Shown here: positions 1-12,715 of the stretch, one piece after another
How positions within the stretch are numbered: the first letter of the stretch is position 1
Layout of the letters: each line of letters opens with the position of its first letter
Assembly (NCBI GenBank): GCA_001643675.2
Contig: LSRY02000015.1
Location: forward strand, 992,001-1,056,000
Length of the DNA stretch: 64,000 bases
From: Monocercomonoides exilis PA203
Taxonomy: Eukaryota; Protista; Preaxostyla
Direction: 5' to 3'
Made by a program: the position numbers and the translations under genes
Notes under the pieces: model-generated
Told to the model about the DNA's origin: nothing
The model's database searches: none
Seen by the model: only the letters and a program-made list of their open reading frames with translations

Positions 1-231
1 CCATATACAATGAAACATTTGTAGAAACAGTTGTTTTTCTTTTATCATAAGAATAATATTAAGAAAAGTTCTTTTGATTAAAGTTTTCGTATTTCTTTAT
101 TTGTTTCAACATAAGTTGTTAAAATGATAACGAGTGATTGATTGTATTTTTTTTTTTTATAAATTGGCTTTTACAATATATTGTTTGCTTTCCATTATAA
201 TTTCATTTTCTGGAAATTTTATCTTTTTTTC

Positions 232-435
232 ATGTTTAGCACGACTAAAGAACATCGAAGCACACGAAAAAGACTGATAAAATCTAAAGCTATAGACATC
301 GCTGATATTTTTAAGAAGATGCCTTACGAGCGCGCTGTCTTGTTATTAAAAGCTTTTATGCTTGAAGATGAATTTGGAAAACTTCTTTTCCATGATTTTA
401 TTAAATCATATGACTGTTTGAATATTTCTTTTTGA
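232..435 (+). CDS. Short ORF or first exon of unknown function (MFSTTK family), paralogous to 6170..6352
   Basis: About 32 of 60 residues are identical by eye to the minus-strand ORF at 6170..6352 (MFSTTK..IF.KMPY.RA...AFML.D.FG..LF.DFIK). Confidence 0.5.
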   Translation: MFSTTKEHRSTRKRLIKSKAIDIADIFKKMPYERAVLLLKAFMLEDEFGKLLFHDFIKSYDCLNISF

Positions 436-796
436 TTTTATTTGATAATTTATTTTTTTTTTTATTTTCTATAATTATATATTTAAACTATTCATTTTAA
501 ACAAATAAAAAATGCGAACTTTTTTCTAATTTTTAATCTTCGGTTTTCGAAATTATTTGTGAAGTGGAAAAAACAATGCAAAAGAAAAATTCGACATAAA
601 CATTTCCCTCTTCTTCTCCTTATATCCTCTCAGCATCCACTCATTCATTTCAATTATTTTCTTCTCCCTCTTCTTCTTCTCCTTCTCCTTCTCCTTCATT
701 TTTTCCTTCTTTTTCAAAATTCAAGTTTGAATTGGAGTTGCGATATACCTTCCTCAAAATGCATTGAAATATAATTAAAGCTATTTTTGATCATTT

Positions 797-1052
797 GGAT
801 GATTATTTTTGATGTCATATTATTTCAAATTAAAATTTCGGTTTGAATATTTCTCCTTTACATAAACAAAATAACACTTAAAAGAAAAAAGGTTCGAAAA
901 ACATTATCATGATTTTTATTTCTGCTTTAACATTTGTTTTTAAAACAGTTGTTATAAAATTTTCAAATAGAATGCAAAATCTCTTCCCAACGACAAATGA
1001 AAATGAAAAATTGACACCCCGAAAAAAGTTATGATTTCAAAATTAATCACCC
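797..1052. mobile_element. Diverged MITE of the same family as 59540..59801
   Basis: The right end ...cccgaaaaaaagttatgatttcaaaattaatcaccc|atat is close to the reverse complement of the 59540 left end. The left end ggatgattattttttgatgtcatat is degenerate. Confidence 0.6.
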
Positions 1053-1149
1053 ATATGGACGATTTTGAATCTCAAGATACAAACAAAAAAATGAAAGAGA
1101 GCAAAAAATATAACATAAAAAAGAAAAAAAAAATTGATTTTTCCATTGG

Positions 1150-1894
1150 TTCCCATCATTAAAATGGAGTTGTATTTATTTAAAACAAATTCTTCTATCG
1201 AATCAACTTATTCTTTATTTTTAAGTAATGAAAAAGAAAAAAAGAAATACATGAAGAATTTGAATTTTTCTTCAAAAATTACAAAACTATCAAAAAAACA
1301 ACATTCATAAACATTTTCTTCTTCTTTTTCATTATCTTCGAATGAAAAATCGAGATCCTGCGTTATCATGCTTCTTTCTTCTCAAACAGGCTTGAAAAGC
1401 AATGGCAGTGTGTGCCCTCTTTCTGCCATTTGTCAATGCATGGCTTCTCTTAGTCTAAAATTAAAAGACATTTCTTCAATAACCAGAATGCAAAAAACAT
1501 TCATGCATCTGTTTCATCTTCTTCGAATCTCTTCGTTTAATTTTAATGTGTGGGATGGAGGACAAATAAATAAATTTTACGACACTTATCTTGGAGGGAA
1601 GAATCAGCCAAAAGAACTGTCTGTTGATTTTGAAAGACTTCTCAAAGTTTTTTCTAAATATTGAAATGAAATAAATGATATGTTTTCTATCATTTCACAA
1701 AATGTTTTAATGTGTGCTCATTGTAATGATTACTCTTTTTCAAGAAGGAATGATCAGTTTTTTGTGACAATAAGATTATCAAATGTTGTTTCATGTTTTC
1801 AAGATTTATTAACTTGTGATTCTTTTTTTATTGAGAAGAGAGAAGGAGAGTGTGTTTCATATCACAGAGATAGACAATTTTTGAAATATGTTCG
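1150..1894 (+). repeat. Left arm of a 745-bp inverted repeat (partner 5224..5968), containing the 5' part of a USP-like frame
   Basis: ORFs 1368..1664 and 5454..5750 are identical, and 1680.. and ..5438 match up to the arm end. Paired coordinates sum to 7118 throughout. Confidence 0.95.
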
Positions 1895-2876
1895 TTTTTT
1901 TGTTTGAATATTGTAAGTGTTTTGTGTTTCTTGTTTCTTTAAACTCAAAGAATTTAATATTAGTTGTTTCAAGAACAACTTTTCACACACCATTAAAATC
2001 TGAGTTTGAATTAAATAATTGTTAAAACAATTTTATTAACTATTACTTTTTTTTGTAATAAATTTTTATTTTAAATTAAAAATAAAATATAAACAAAATT
2101 TTAAACAATATTTAATTCATAATTCTTCTAATATTTCTAAATATTCATTTCAAACAAAACAACCGAATTATCTTAATAATTAATGTTATCAAAAACAAGA
2201 ATAAATAACACCTTTTTCAAATTAACTATCATGATAACGAAAAAGATAATCAAAAAGATACTACAAATTTTTTCAAAGAAATATTCAAAATCAAATGAAG
2301 TGGTTTTTAATTTTCGATCACTCTTCTATGTTATTATTATTAAAACGTTTATTATAAATTCTAGATATATAAGTTATGATTTTGAAAATAATCAACAATA
2401 TAGTTTTGAACTTTTGATATAATTTTCTAGCAATCACTGTGTTAAAAATGAATAAATATGAATTAAAGTTATATTTTTTATTAAATATAATTTTAATTCA
2501 TATTATTATTAAATGATTTTCATCAATAAAAATGTGATTAATTTGTTTACATACATATTTCATAATTATTTTTTTTTAGGTCAGTTCAATAAATGTTTTG
2601 ACAATATTGTTAACGTTTTTATAATAACTTTAACAATTTTGATGGTTGGATGTGAAAACGATATTTTTTTTTTTTTATGAATTTAATCCTAAGTTTGAAT
2701 TCTTTTGTGATGAAAATCTTTTTTTGTTTTTAATAATTAGATAATATTTTGAATAAATTATGAATACAATAAGATCAATTAAAATTATATTTGTTTTATT
2801 TTTTTGTTGTTTGTTTTTATCAATTAAACTCGTTTCTTTAATTGAAAATTTTGAATGTTTTATATGGAATTGAATA

Positions 2877-3900
2877 TTAATACCAGCATTTAAATGAACT
2901 TAACTTCCAGATATTTGGAGCAGTGTAAAGAACTTCGTAATTCTTTGAAGATATTAAATCAGTCACTTCTTTTGTTTTGTGTAATCCATTATTATCCATC
3001 TCGAAAACGTATGATTCTTTTTCAAATATTTGAAGCTTTTCCATTAATGATAACAAGAATACCTGAAAGCTTTGGTCATTTACGGTTCCGTCTACAAATG
3101 TCACGTGGGTTATACCGAAGAATTCGCTAATAGCTGTGATTGATGTTACCGTTTCAACTTTCGTATTCTCACGATACTGAATTCATCTTTGGCCTACTCG
3201 TGAATGCCCTTTTGTTTGCAGTTCAAGCTTTTAAATCCTGTTTCATCTTTGTAAATTATCATCCTTCCGTCTTCCTGGCTTTGTAGAAATCTTTTAGCGT
3301 ATTCTTCACTTAATTGCATAGTATTTTCATCTGCCCTTTTATTTTCACATTTTCTAAATCTTTTAACTGAGAACACCTGACATTCATGTTCTTCCATTTT
3401 TTTTGATTTCAAGTGCTTTGCAATCGCTGAAGCTGATGGATCTGATGTGCAAACATCTGCAACTGAACTTGTCAATTCTTTTGCTGTAACCGTTGGTTTT
3501 CGTAATATTATTTCTGCCATTTTTTTAGATGCCTCTTTTGTTATTTTTTCGTAGACCTTTCCTCCTCGCTGTTTCGGAGGCTCTTCTTCGTGCACAATTT
3601 TTGAAACTGTTGATATACTCACGTTGTATTTTTCCGATATTTCAGCGAGAGTTTTCCCTTCCTGCTTGTAGGCTTTTAGTAAGTTCCTCATGTTATTCGG
3701 TAGCATGTTGTACTTTTTTTTCTCTTTTGCATTGATCTTTGGCACCACAGCTTTTTTCGGGCGTCCTCGCTTCCTTTTTGTTTTTGTAACTTCACATTCA
3801 ACTAATTGGAGGCAATCATCAGGAATGTTTATAGGTTCAGGTTCAATTGCAGGTGGAATTTAACGGGTTTTTTCTTCTATGATTTCTTCTAATTCTTGCG
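2877..3900 (-). pseudogene. Tc1/IS630-like (DDE_3) transposase, disrupted
   Basis: AT-hook KRKRGRPKK near 3750-3780, an HTH region, IIYKDETGF (D1), GYSRVGQR after a frameshift, MDNNGLHK (D2) and a decayed YLPPYSP-like segment. Stops and a frameshift are present. TIRs were not found. Confidence 0.8.
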
Positions 3901-4394
3901 AAGATCTTTTAAGTTTGGAATTGATTATATCTGTTGTGTGTTATGTGAAGCTTATTTTTTTATTCTTTGATCCGACTTTTTTTCAGTGGATATTTCATTT
4001 GGGCTTGTTTTGGAAATATGTTATGTTTAATTTCTTCTTTTCTTTTCAGAAGAATATTGGTGACTTTTTTGTTTTTAAGGTCATTAAAATAGATCAAGAA
4101 TCAAAAAAAAAAAAAAAAAAAATAAATAAATAAATAAATAAAATAATAGGCTGTTGTGATCAATCAGTTTTTTTGGAAAGGATAGGTTGTTTTTCGATAA
4201 TTTATTAAAATATCAACAAAATATCCTTTTTGCATTATTTTTAAGTTAAATTTATATTTCCTGAACATTTTTGAATGATTCATTTTTTATAAAAAAGAAC
4301 AATAAAATATTTTTCTTTTCAAAAAGAATGGTTAACTAATTTTTTTATCATTAAATGTTTTTCAAACGATGTTTATTAAAGAAAAAAATATGGC

Positions 4395-4430
<36 letters not shown>

Positions 4431-4799
4431 TTTTAACTTATTTCTGAGATATAGATTTTTTAGAAGTTAAAAAAAATCTTTAGGAATTAAAAATCTATCT
4501 TTCTTTCATATTAGTTCTCTTTGAAAAAATGTTTATTTTGAAAACAACAAATAACCTTATATTGTTGTTAATCAAAGAATAAATAAATAATAAACAATTA
4601 TTCACAGCAATTGAATTGTCATTCAATTTTGAATTATCATTTTTTCGAAATAAGAGTCATTGAATAAATATTCATATAATGATTTATTATTATTATTTGG
4701 AAAAAAACAAAAAAGAAAAATAATAAATCGAAAAAAATAGAATTTTTTTAATTGAGAAAATACTCAAAAATTAAAATCAAAAAAAAAAAATGTAAAGAA

Positions 4800-5750
4800 T
4801 TATGATTTTTCTATTTTTTTGAAAAAACAAATAGAAGGATGAAAATTTTCTGAAACGAGATGATTCTAATTATCATTCCATTTTTCAGGAATTATTTCTG
4901 AAACAATATGATCATTTCACTCAATAAACTTTGAAATCGAAGAATGTTTTAAAACATCTTCCTTCACAATGGCTGAAAAATGTACTTTTTAAAAAAAAAC
5001 ACTTGAATGAATAACACATCCAACATATTCATAAACAACAACATCATCAACAGAACCAAAAGTAATAAATTAATTTTCAGAGGAAGCCTTTGGATCAAAT
5101 ATTCTTAAATCCTCAAGCCCTAACCCTGAATCAACAAAATGAATAGAAAGAGGATAAGCTATTGCAGTAAAAAAATCACCAAGGTTGAACAAAACACTAA
5201 ACACTTTTGGAAAATACAAAAAGCGAACATATTTCAAAAATTGTCTATCTCTGTGATATGAAACACACTCTCCTTCTCTCTTCTCAATAAAAAAAGAATC
5301 ACAAGTTAATAAATCTTGAAAACATGAAACAACATTTGATAATCTTATTGTCACAAAAAACTGATCATTCCTTCTTGAAAAAGAGTAATCATTACAATGA
5401 GCACACATTAAAACATTTTGTGAAATGATAGAAAACATATCATTTATTTCATTTCAATATTTAGAAAAAACTTTGAGAAGTCTTTCAAAATCAACAGACA
5501 GTTCTTTTGGCTGATTCTTCCCTCCAAGATAAGTGTCGTAAAATTTATTTATTTGTCCTCCATCCCACACATTAAAATTAAACGAAGAGATTCGAAGAAG
5601 ATGAAACAGATGCATGAATGTTTTTTGCATTCTGGTTATTGAAGAAATGTCTTTTAATTTTAGACTAAGAGAAGCCATGCATTGACAAATGGCAGAAAGA
5701 GGGCACACACTGCCATTGCTTTTCAAGCCTGTTTGAGAAGAAAGAAGCAT
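4800..5750 (-). pseudogene. USP/peptidase C19-like cysteine protease frame with 5 internal stops
   Basis: One frame of 317 codons. Cys box GLKSNGSVCPLSAICQCM (consensus GLxNxGNTCYxNSxLQCL), CAHC, FPKVFSVLF, YPLSI, YEYVGCVIH, HFSAIVK, ND and a terminal SICFFKK appear in USP order. Confidence 0.6.
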
Positions 5751-5968
5751 GATAACGCAGGATCTCGATTTTTCATTCGAAGATAATGAAAAAGAAGAAG
5801 AAAATGTTTATGAATGTTGTTTTTTTGATAGTTTTGTAATTTTTGAAGAAAAATTCAAATTCTTCATGTATTTCTTTTTTTCTTTTTCATTACTTAAAAA
5901 TAAAGAATAAGTTGATTCGATAGAAGAATTTGTTTTAAATAAATACAACTCCATTTTAATGATGGGAA
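5224..5968 (-). repeat. Right arm of the 745-bp inverted repeat
   Basis: Reverse complement of 1150..1894. Confidence 0.95.
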
Positions 5969-6169
5969 ACTGTTTAAGAATATTTATTCATTTATTAACA
6001 GGAAAAATTAGAATTTATGTTGGAAGTTTGTAATAATTAAGAGTTGTTAAAATTATTCGAATAATACGATATTTGAATAAGCATTGTTATTTGTCGAACG
6101 AAAAAATGAAAAAAACAAAAATAAACAATTATAATAAGTATTTAATAGCAAATAAAAAATAAACAAATG

Positions 6170-6352
6170 TTAACACGTTTTGATAAAATCGTTGAATAGC
6201 TGCGATCCGAAAGAGTCTCCAAGCATAAAAGCTCGAAGAATGAACAAAGCTCTTTGATAAGGCATTTTTTGAAATATGCAAGAAATATTAGCCACTTCAA
6301 GTTTTATTTCTTTTCTTTCAAAACAATAATGCACTTTGGTGGTGCTAAACAT
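6170..6352 (-). CDS. Short ORF or first exon (MFSTTK family), paralog of 232..435
   Basis: Protein similarity to 232..435. It lies upstream of and co-oriented with the USP-like frame. Confidence 0.5.
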   Translation of the reverse strand: MFSTTKVHYCFERKEIKLEVANISCIFQKMPYQRALFILRAFMLGDSFGSQLFNDFIKTC

Positions 6353-7819
6353 GAAAAATTATTCAAAAAAATTTAAAAAAGTTCATTTGAAAGAAAATTT
6401 TTGTTTGTAAATTTTTTCTTCGTCCAAAAAACCTATATTAATAAAAACGTTTGTTATTTTTTTCGATATTGATATTCTGGATATTAAAAGTCATTTCTAT
6501 CAGGTTATTTGACAAATAATATATATCTGATCGTTAACGATATATTTCCAACATAAATTTTTTTATTTAATACTTGATAATAATATTCCTTCACAACTTA
6601 TTGTTGTGATATAAAATTTCCAAAAAATTTTTATCTCTCTTTTAATCTTCAAAATGAAAATTTTTGAACATTTCAATTTTTTTTCGATTCAAATAACTTG
6701 TCAAATAATTTAAAAGCAAATGGCTTATGACTGAGAGGTTGATCCATATAAAATATTTTGATCGAGCAAATATAAAAAAGTGATCAATGTTAATAGTGTG
6801 GATGTGACCAGTAAGCCTGGTTGACGGATTGAAAAATTGATGGTTACGTCAGTCAGTGGAATATTTTCACGTCAATTGGCTTTTTCTTATCTCTCTCAAA
6901 TTTTTGAGTCAATAAACACAAATTTTTAGTGAATAAAAATGTATGGCTGTTTTTTGAAATAATTAATTATGTATTTCTTTTTTTCACAAAAGAAAGAAAA
7001 TATTATGAACCATAATTCAAGAAATACTTATTCTGAGGAATGTCTTTTTGCAATTACAAACTTGCAGTCAATGATAGCTAATTGGTTTGCATATTGTTGT
7101 ATTTGCCTATTATCTGTAAATGCTCTTTTTTCGGGGAATCCTGTGGAACTTTTCGAAAATAAGCAAAAAGTGGAATATCTTATTAATCTGCAAGAATATT
7201 GAGTTTATTCTACAAATTCATAAAGAAAGTTCACATGATAAAGAAGATTGGAAGTGAAAACTGAGTATCAGACGATGAAACACTTGAAAATCGAAGGCAT
7301 AATGAATTTTTTTGTAAAGGAAAACAAGCATTGACTAGTGAATAAAAAACAGAAAATTGCTTGAAAAAATGCTTAGAAGGTTTACTGTGGTTATTTTTTT
7401 GAAGTGATTTTTATTTTTCATTCAGGATGCTGAAAGAGAGAAGGATAGGATGACTTTGAAGATGAAGAAGAAAAGCAAGGAAGAAAAATGAAATGAGGAT
7501 TGATGAAATTAAAGATAAATCGAAGATGGCTTGCATTGTGCTTTGGAGAAGAATAAGTTTTTGAGGAAAGATGATTTTTTGTGAAATAAGGGAAGCGAAA
7601 AAAAAAGAGACGGAATGAAAAAGGAATTGCTCTATATTTCCAATTTTTTGTTGGAAAGAAAGAAAGTGGATTGAGCTGAAAGTGAAAAAGGTTCAGAGGC
7701 TATTATTTTCCAAAAGACAAAAACCTGAAGAAGAAAATTCGATTGAATTTTTCCGTTGACATAAATTGACACTCATCTTCTCAATTTTCAACAATTAATC
7801 AATTCGGTCTATCCATTTA

Positions 7820-8090
7820 CCATCATCATCATCATCTTCTTCTTCTTCTTCTTCTTCTCATTTAAATCTTCTTCTTCTTCTTCTTCTTCCTCTCCCTCTT
7901 CTTTATCTTCTTTTTCATTTTCTTCTTCTTATTCTCCTCCTCCTCCTCCTCCTCCTCCTCCTCCTCCTCCTCCTTCTTCTTCTTCTTCTTCTTCTTCTTC
8001 TTCTTCTTCTTCTTCTTCTTCTTCTTCTTCTTCTTCTTCTTCTTCTTCTTCTTCTTCCTCTCCCTCTTCTTTATCTTCTTCTTCTTCTCG
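7820..8090. repeat. (TCT)n/(CCT)n microsatellite tracts (poly-E and poly-G on the minus strand)
   Basis: Trinucleotide runs are directly visible. Confidence 0.9.
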
Positions 8091-10993
8091 TTTCAGACAC
8101 AAAGGACAAGCTGTCACTTTCTCTACAGCAAGAAACAGAACAGCTTCGTTTGCAACATCTGTTGAGCCAACTTCTTCTTCTACTTCACTAACTTCAACAT
8201 TATGTTTGAATCTTATGTCTTCTTCTTCTTCATTGGCTTCATCCTCAACAACTATATCATCATCATCATCTTCTTCTTCTTCTTCTCCTGGCTTGTCTTC
8301 TTCAAAGAAATTTTCAAATAAAACTTCTCTTCTTTCACATTCTCCCTCAAAATCGAAATCATCTGTGAAAATAACATCACATCCATCAACTTCTTCTTCC
8401 TCTTCTTCTTCTTTTTCTTTGCCTTCTTCTGCAATGTTATCACTCAAAGATGCATTCTTCTTCTTTCTCCGAACAATCTTTTTGATAACTTTTTGCTCTT
8501 CCCTTTCTTCTCTTTCTCTTTCTGTTTCTTCCCTTCCTCTTCCTCTTCCTCTTTCTCTTTCTCTCCTTCCATCTCCCCATCCACATCCACCTCCACCTCC
8601 TTCTCTATCTCTTCCTCCGCTTTCCTCTTCTCCTCCAGCATCGCCGCATTCTTCTCATTCAACTCCCTCAATCGCTGCTCCAGCTCCTTCAGCATCTCCA
8701 TCTGCTGCTTGTCTTCAGCTGATATCTCACTTTCTGCATCAGAAAGATCAGAAACTGACGAAATCACTGACAAATCTGCATCATCTGCATCTGTTGGCGC
8801 TAAGCTCTTGACTGTTAAGGCATTGTGATCGGTGGATTCTCCTTCTTTTTCTCCTTTTTCTCCCTCTTTGACTTCTCCTTTTTCTGCTTCTCCTTCTTTT
8901 TCTCCTTCTTTCATCACATTTGGTTTATCAGAATTTGTCTGAGATTTGTCCAATGCTAATTTGCTTTCTTTTTCTTCTTCTTCACCTTCTTTTCTTTCTT
9001 TTGCTTCTCCTTCTTTTATTTCACCTTCTTTTCCATCTCCTTCTCCTTCTTTTGTCTTTTCATCTTTAACTTCTTCCACTGCTCCTTCTGCTCCTCCTTC
9101 TGTTTCTGTAGCTTCTTCTTCTTCCACCTCAATCTCAATTTCTTCCTCTTCCCATTCCTCTTCTTCCTTCCTCTCTTTCTCTCTCCTCGCCTTCTCTGCT
9201 TTCTCTTCATCATCCTCCTCCTCCTCCTCTTTATCAACCTCTTCTTCATCCTCATCATCAACCCATCCAAACTCCTCTCCTTCCTCGTCCTTCCCATTCA
9301 CTTTGCTCATCTCCCTCTTCATCCAATACCCCATCCTCGTCTGCCTCGCATGCGCCTTCAAACACCCCACAAACTTCCCTGATGACAGCAATTCCATCAC
9401 CACATGCCTCACCAGCGAGTCAACAAAGCTCTGCATCGAACCAGCTTTCTCAAACCGCATCGCCAGCTTCCTCACAATCTCTGCCAGCTTCCTCAGAATG
9501 AGCGAAGACCTAAGCCAGTTCTGCAGTGGAAGCGGCTTCATCAGCTTCTCCAGCGGCGTCTTCTGCATCTTCGTCTGCAGCGCCTGCTGCTCCTTCACCA
9601 GTTTCTCCCTCTCTCTCTTCAGCTGCTCGATCGCCTCTCTCTGCACATCATCATTCCCTCTGCCTGCTGCTCCACTGGCGAGCGATTGGAGAGAAGAAGA
9701 GGCCGCAGAAAGAGCAGCTGTGAGGGACTCAACCTCTGCCAGCGAAGCCGCCAGCGACTGCAGCTGAGACGGCTGTATCATCGCCATTCGGTTTGTGAGG
9801 AACGTGAAGATGTCTGCTCGCCAGTACAGCCGCGGCAGATGAGGGAACGATGCTTCGAGTGTGTCTAACATCGCCTCATTGTCCTCTTCCTGCAGAAGAG
9901 ACAGCAGATTGTCTCTTTCTTGCTCCTCTTCTTCCGCTTTCCGCTGGCTGATCTTCAGACGCTCTCGCTCAATCTGTGCATCTGACTGGAACACAAGTGT
10001 GCGGTTCATTTGGGTGAAGGCATAAGAATCTGATTCTGTTTCATCATCTTCTTCGTTTTCTTCTCTTTGTTCTTCTCCTTCTTCTCTTCTTCCTTCTTTT
10101 GTCTGCTCATTTGCTTCTTCAACTTTTTCATCATAATTTCTATCTGATTCATCCATCAACATCTTTTCTTTCTTCTCTTTCTTTTCCTTCATTTCCTCCC
10201 TTCTCTTTCTCCTCCTCATCTCCTTCTTCACTCTCCTCCCCTCTTCTCCATCAAACCTCTCGTCCCATCCTTCCAACCTCCTCCTCCCATTCTACAGCAA
10301 CGAAGCCACACATCTCGCAATTCCAATCCCTTCGCCTGCTTTCGTGAAGCTGTGATGCAAAACACACAGCAACATCTCAATCTCTGCTTCTCCACAACAC
10401 CTGCGCAGAAGCCGGCTGCGCAGATGGTTGAGCATTGGCGGCACAGGCACTCCCGTCGGGAAGAGGAACATGATGTTAGTCAGCTGCACAGCACATTGGG
10501 CAGATGAGAAGGGAGGGTAGAGAGGAGAAGGGGGGAAATCGAGTGTGTAAAGAGGGAGGGAGTCTGCAAAGAGAGAAGGAGCGCGGCAGGTTGGGAGAGA
10601 AGAGGAGGCGAAGAACGACAAAAGAGAAGACAGCACGATTTGGGTGTTGCTGTGGAGGAGCTGCAGGTTCTGCTGCTGGCTGTTGGCTGATTGGAGAAGA
10701 GTGGCACACAACAGGGAAACAGTGCGGAGGATGGGGAAGGCCCAGATCTCGGCATAGGGAGAGGCAGAGGCAGCGGTGATGATTGCCTGGAAATGAGATG
10801 TGCGCAAAGAGATTTGAGAAGAAGAAGGTTTTGCAGTGGAAGCAAAAGAAGAAGAGGAAGAGGAAGAAGAAGAAGAAGACAAAGAAGAAGAAGAAGAAGA
10901 CAAAGAAGAAGAAGAAGAAGAAGAAGAAGAAGAAAGAGGAGGAGGAGGAGGAGGAGGAAGAGAACATGAAGCTGGTTGAGAGCTAGCCACCAA
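7929..10993 (-). pseudogene. Large host-like acidic/coiled-coil protein fragment (hAT cargo)
   Basis: ORFs 10292..10993 and 8444..10276 share a frame and are split by one TAG. A frameshift leads into 7929..8447. The region is GC-richer than the flanking TE DNA. No domain was recognised. Confidence 0.55.
10845..10962. repeat. (GAA)n/(GAG)n microsatellite
   Basis: Directly visible. Confidence 0.9.
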
Positions 10994-11329
10994 ATGCGGA
11001 ATGTGCTTAATAGAGCGAGAAAATGAGAAATGCTACCAGGGAGACTCAAACGAGATAGGAGGAACTTAGTCCTTGTCATATGACTCTGAAAACCGCTTTG
11101 TATCTCTTTCAACTACCTTCGGTGTTCTGCAGCTTGTTATTTCAACATGGAACAATGAATGACTTTTATGCTTATTTGAGTTTGTGTCTGCTTCATTGGA
11201 ACATGTGCAATCTTCACAATCCTTTTCATTGGCAAATGAATGTTCGACCTCTTCTTCTCTTTCTCTATCTCTTTCCCTCTCTGCATCGTCCATTCCAGCT
11301 TCTCCTTCTTCGCCTCTATTTCTCCATTC

Positions 11330-11925
11330 TTCATTCACTCTCTCAGCTGAATGTGCTCAAACGGATTAAAACCACAACAGAAGACAAGTGCAAAAAGGTT
11401 AAAAAGCAACAGGAAAGCGAGCAACTAAAGAATTTGGCAGAGAAAATTACACATTCGAAGAGGAATACGAAGAAGAATGGAAAGAGGAGGTGGAAGAGCT
11501 GGATGTTTGTGGGAAAGCATCAGGAAAGAGATGTGAATGAGCACAAGGCGAGCCAACTACCGACGAATAGGATGAAGAAGCGACTGAAGATTTGGAATTA
11601 TAATTGGAGATAGAAGGAGACAGATTTGAAATAGCAGAAGAAGATAAAGAAGAAGACATGCTAAAGGGCGAAGAGGAAAAGAAAAGAGGAGAAGATCCAT
11701 TATAATTCCTGTTTTGAACAATCTCATCAATTGGAGTGGAAGCATTGAAGAAGAGAGAAGAGACACAGCTGGACAGATCAGAGCTGCATTTAGCGAGTGT
11801 GTCGCGACCGATCCAAAAGGCAGTTGAAACGCACCGCTTTGGAATTCGACTGATTAACTGAGAAGAAATAAAATGGAAGAGGAAAAAGATGAAGAAGAAG
11901 ACGATGATAATGATAGCGATGACGA
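11330..11925 (+). pseudogene. Acidic host-like gene fragment with several stops (hAT cargo, opposite orientation to its neighbours)
   Basis: A Glu-rich frame EEEYEEEWKEEVEELD... is interrupted by multiple stop codons. Confidence 0.35.
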
Positions 11926-12715
11926 TTTTCACTTGAGTCATTCTGTTGTTTCATTTCTTCTTTTTCTTCAATATCTTCTTCTTCATCGGTTGTTGTGCTT
12001 TCATTCATTCCAATGGGAATGATGTCTGACGTGATGAGTGCTGCCCTCAAAAGCGACAGGTCGTCTTTGCTGAGAGAGAAGCAGTCGTCGATGGTGAACA
12101 GCACGGAATCTCTCAGCTGATCGCAGGAAACGAGATGGATGACTGGCTGTGGGATGAGGGGAAACATAGCAACAATCGGTGGAATGTGTGTGGGAAAGGA
12201 CAATAGCTCCGTTGGTGAAGAAGAAAGTTAAAAAGAAGAAGATGGTGAAGAAGGAAAAGATGCTGTTATAGAATTGGAAATATCAATGAAGAGTTAAAAT
12301 AAAATTGAAAAATCAACAAACAATAACGGAATTCAGAAAGTGAAAAGATATTCACAAAGATGTGTGGAAGACAGAATGCATGACATAGAAGATATGTTGA
12401 AAGCCATAAAAGGACTTCGAACATATTCATAGAAAAGAAGTGAGATTGTATTGAAAAGAGCAACAAACGCAACACATATTCTCCTTATCGTTTACTTCCA
12501 TCACAAATATTGCTTTCAGTTTCCTCATTCAGATGTTCTTCTTTTTATTTGCTCATTGACATTAACGCTTTACAAGAACGATCTTAAAATATGCTGTTTA
12601 TTCATGAAAATATTGATTGATATTTTTGTGAAAATCAAAAAAGAAAACAGATAATTTATTGTTTTTTTTATATTTATTGAAAGTATTGTGAAATGAAAAC
12701 ACTTTTGTCAAAAGG

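Noticed and set aside
1150-5968. Calling the 745-bp arms true TIRs of the Tc1-like element
   Set aside because: There is no TA or other TSD at the outer ends, and the arms are part of a coding frame that continues inward on one side only.
8206-11112. Long poly-S, poly-L, poly-F and poly-R ORFs (for example 8206..8811, 8946..9767, 10476..10967, 10480..11112)
   Set aside because: These are antisense or alternative-frame shadows of GAA/TCT microsatellite-rich sequence.
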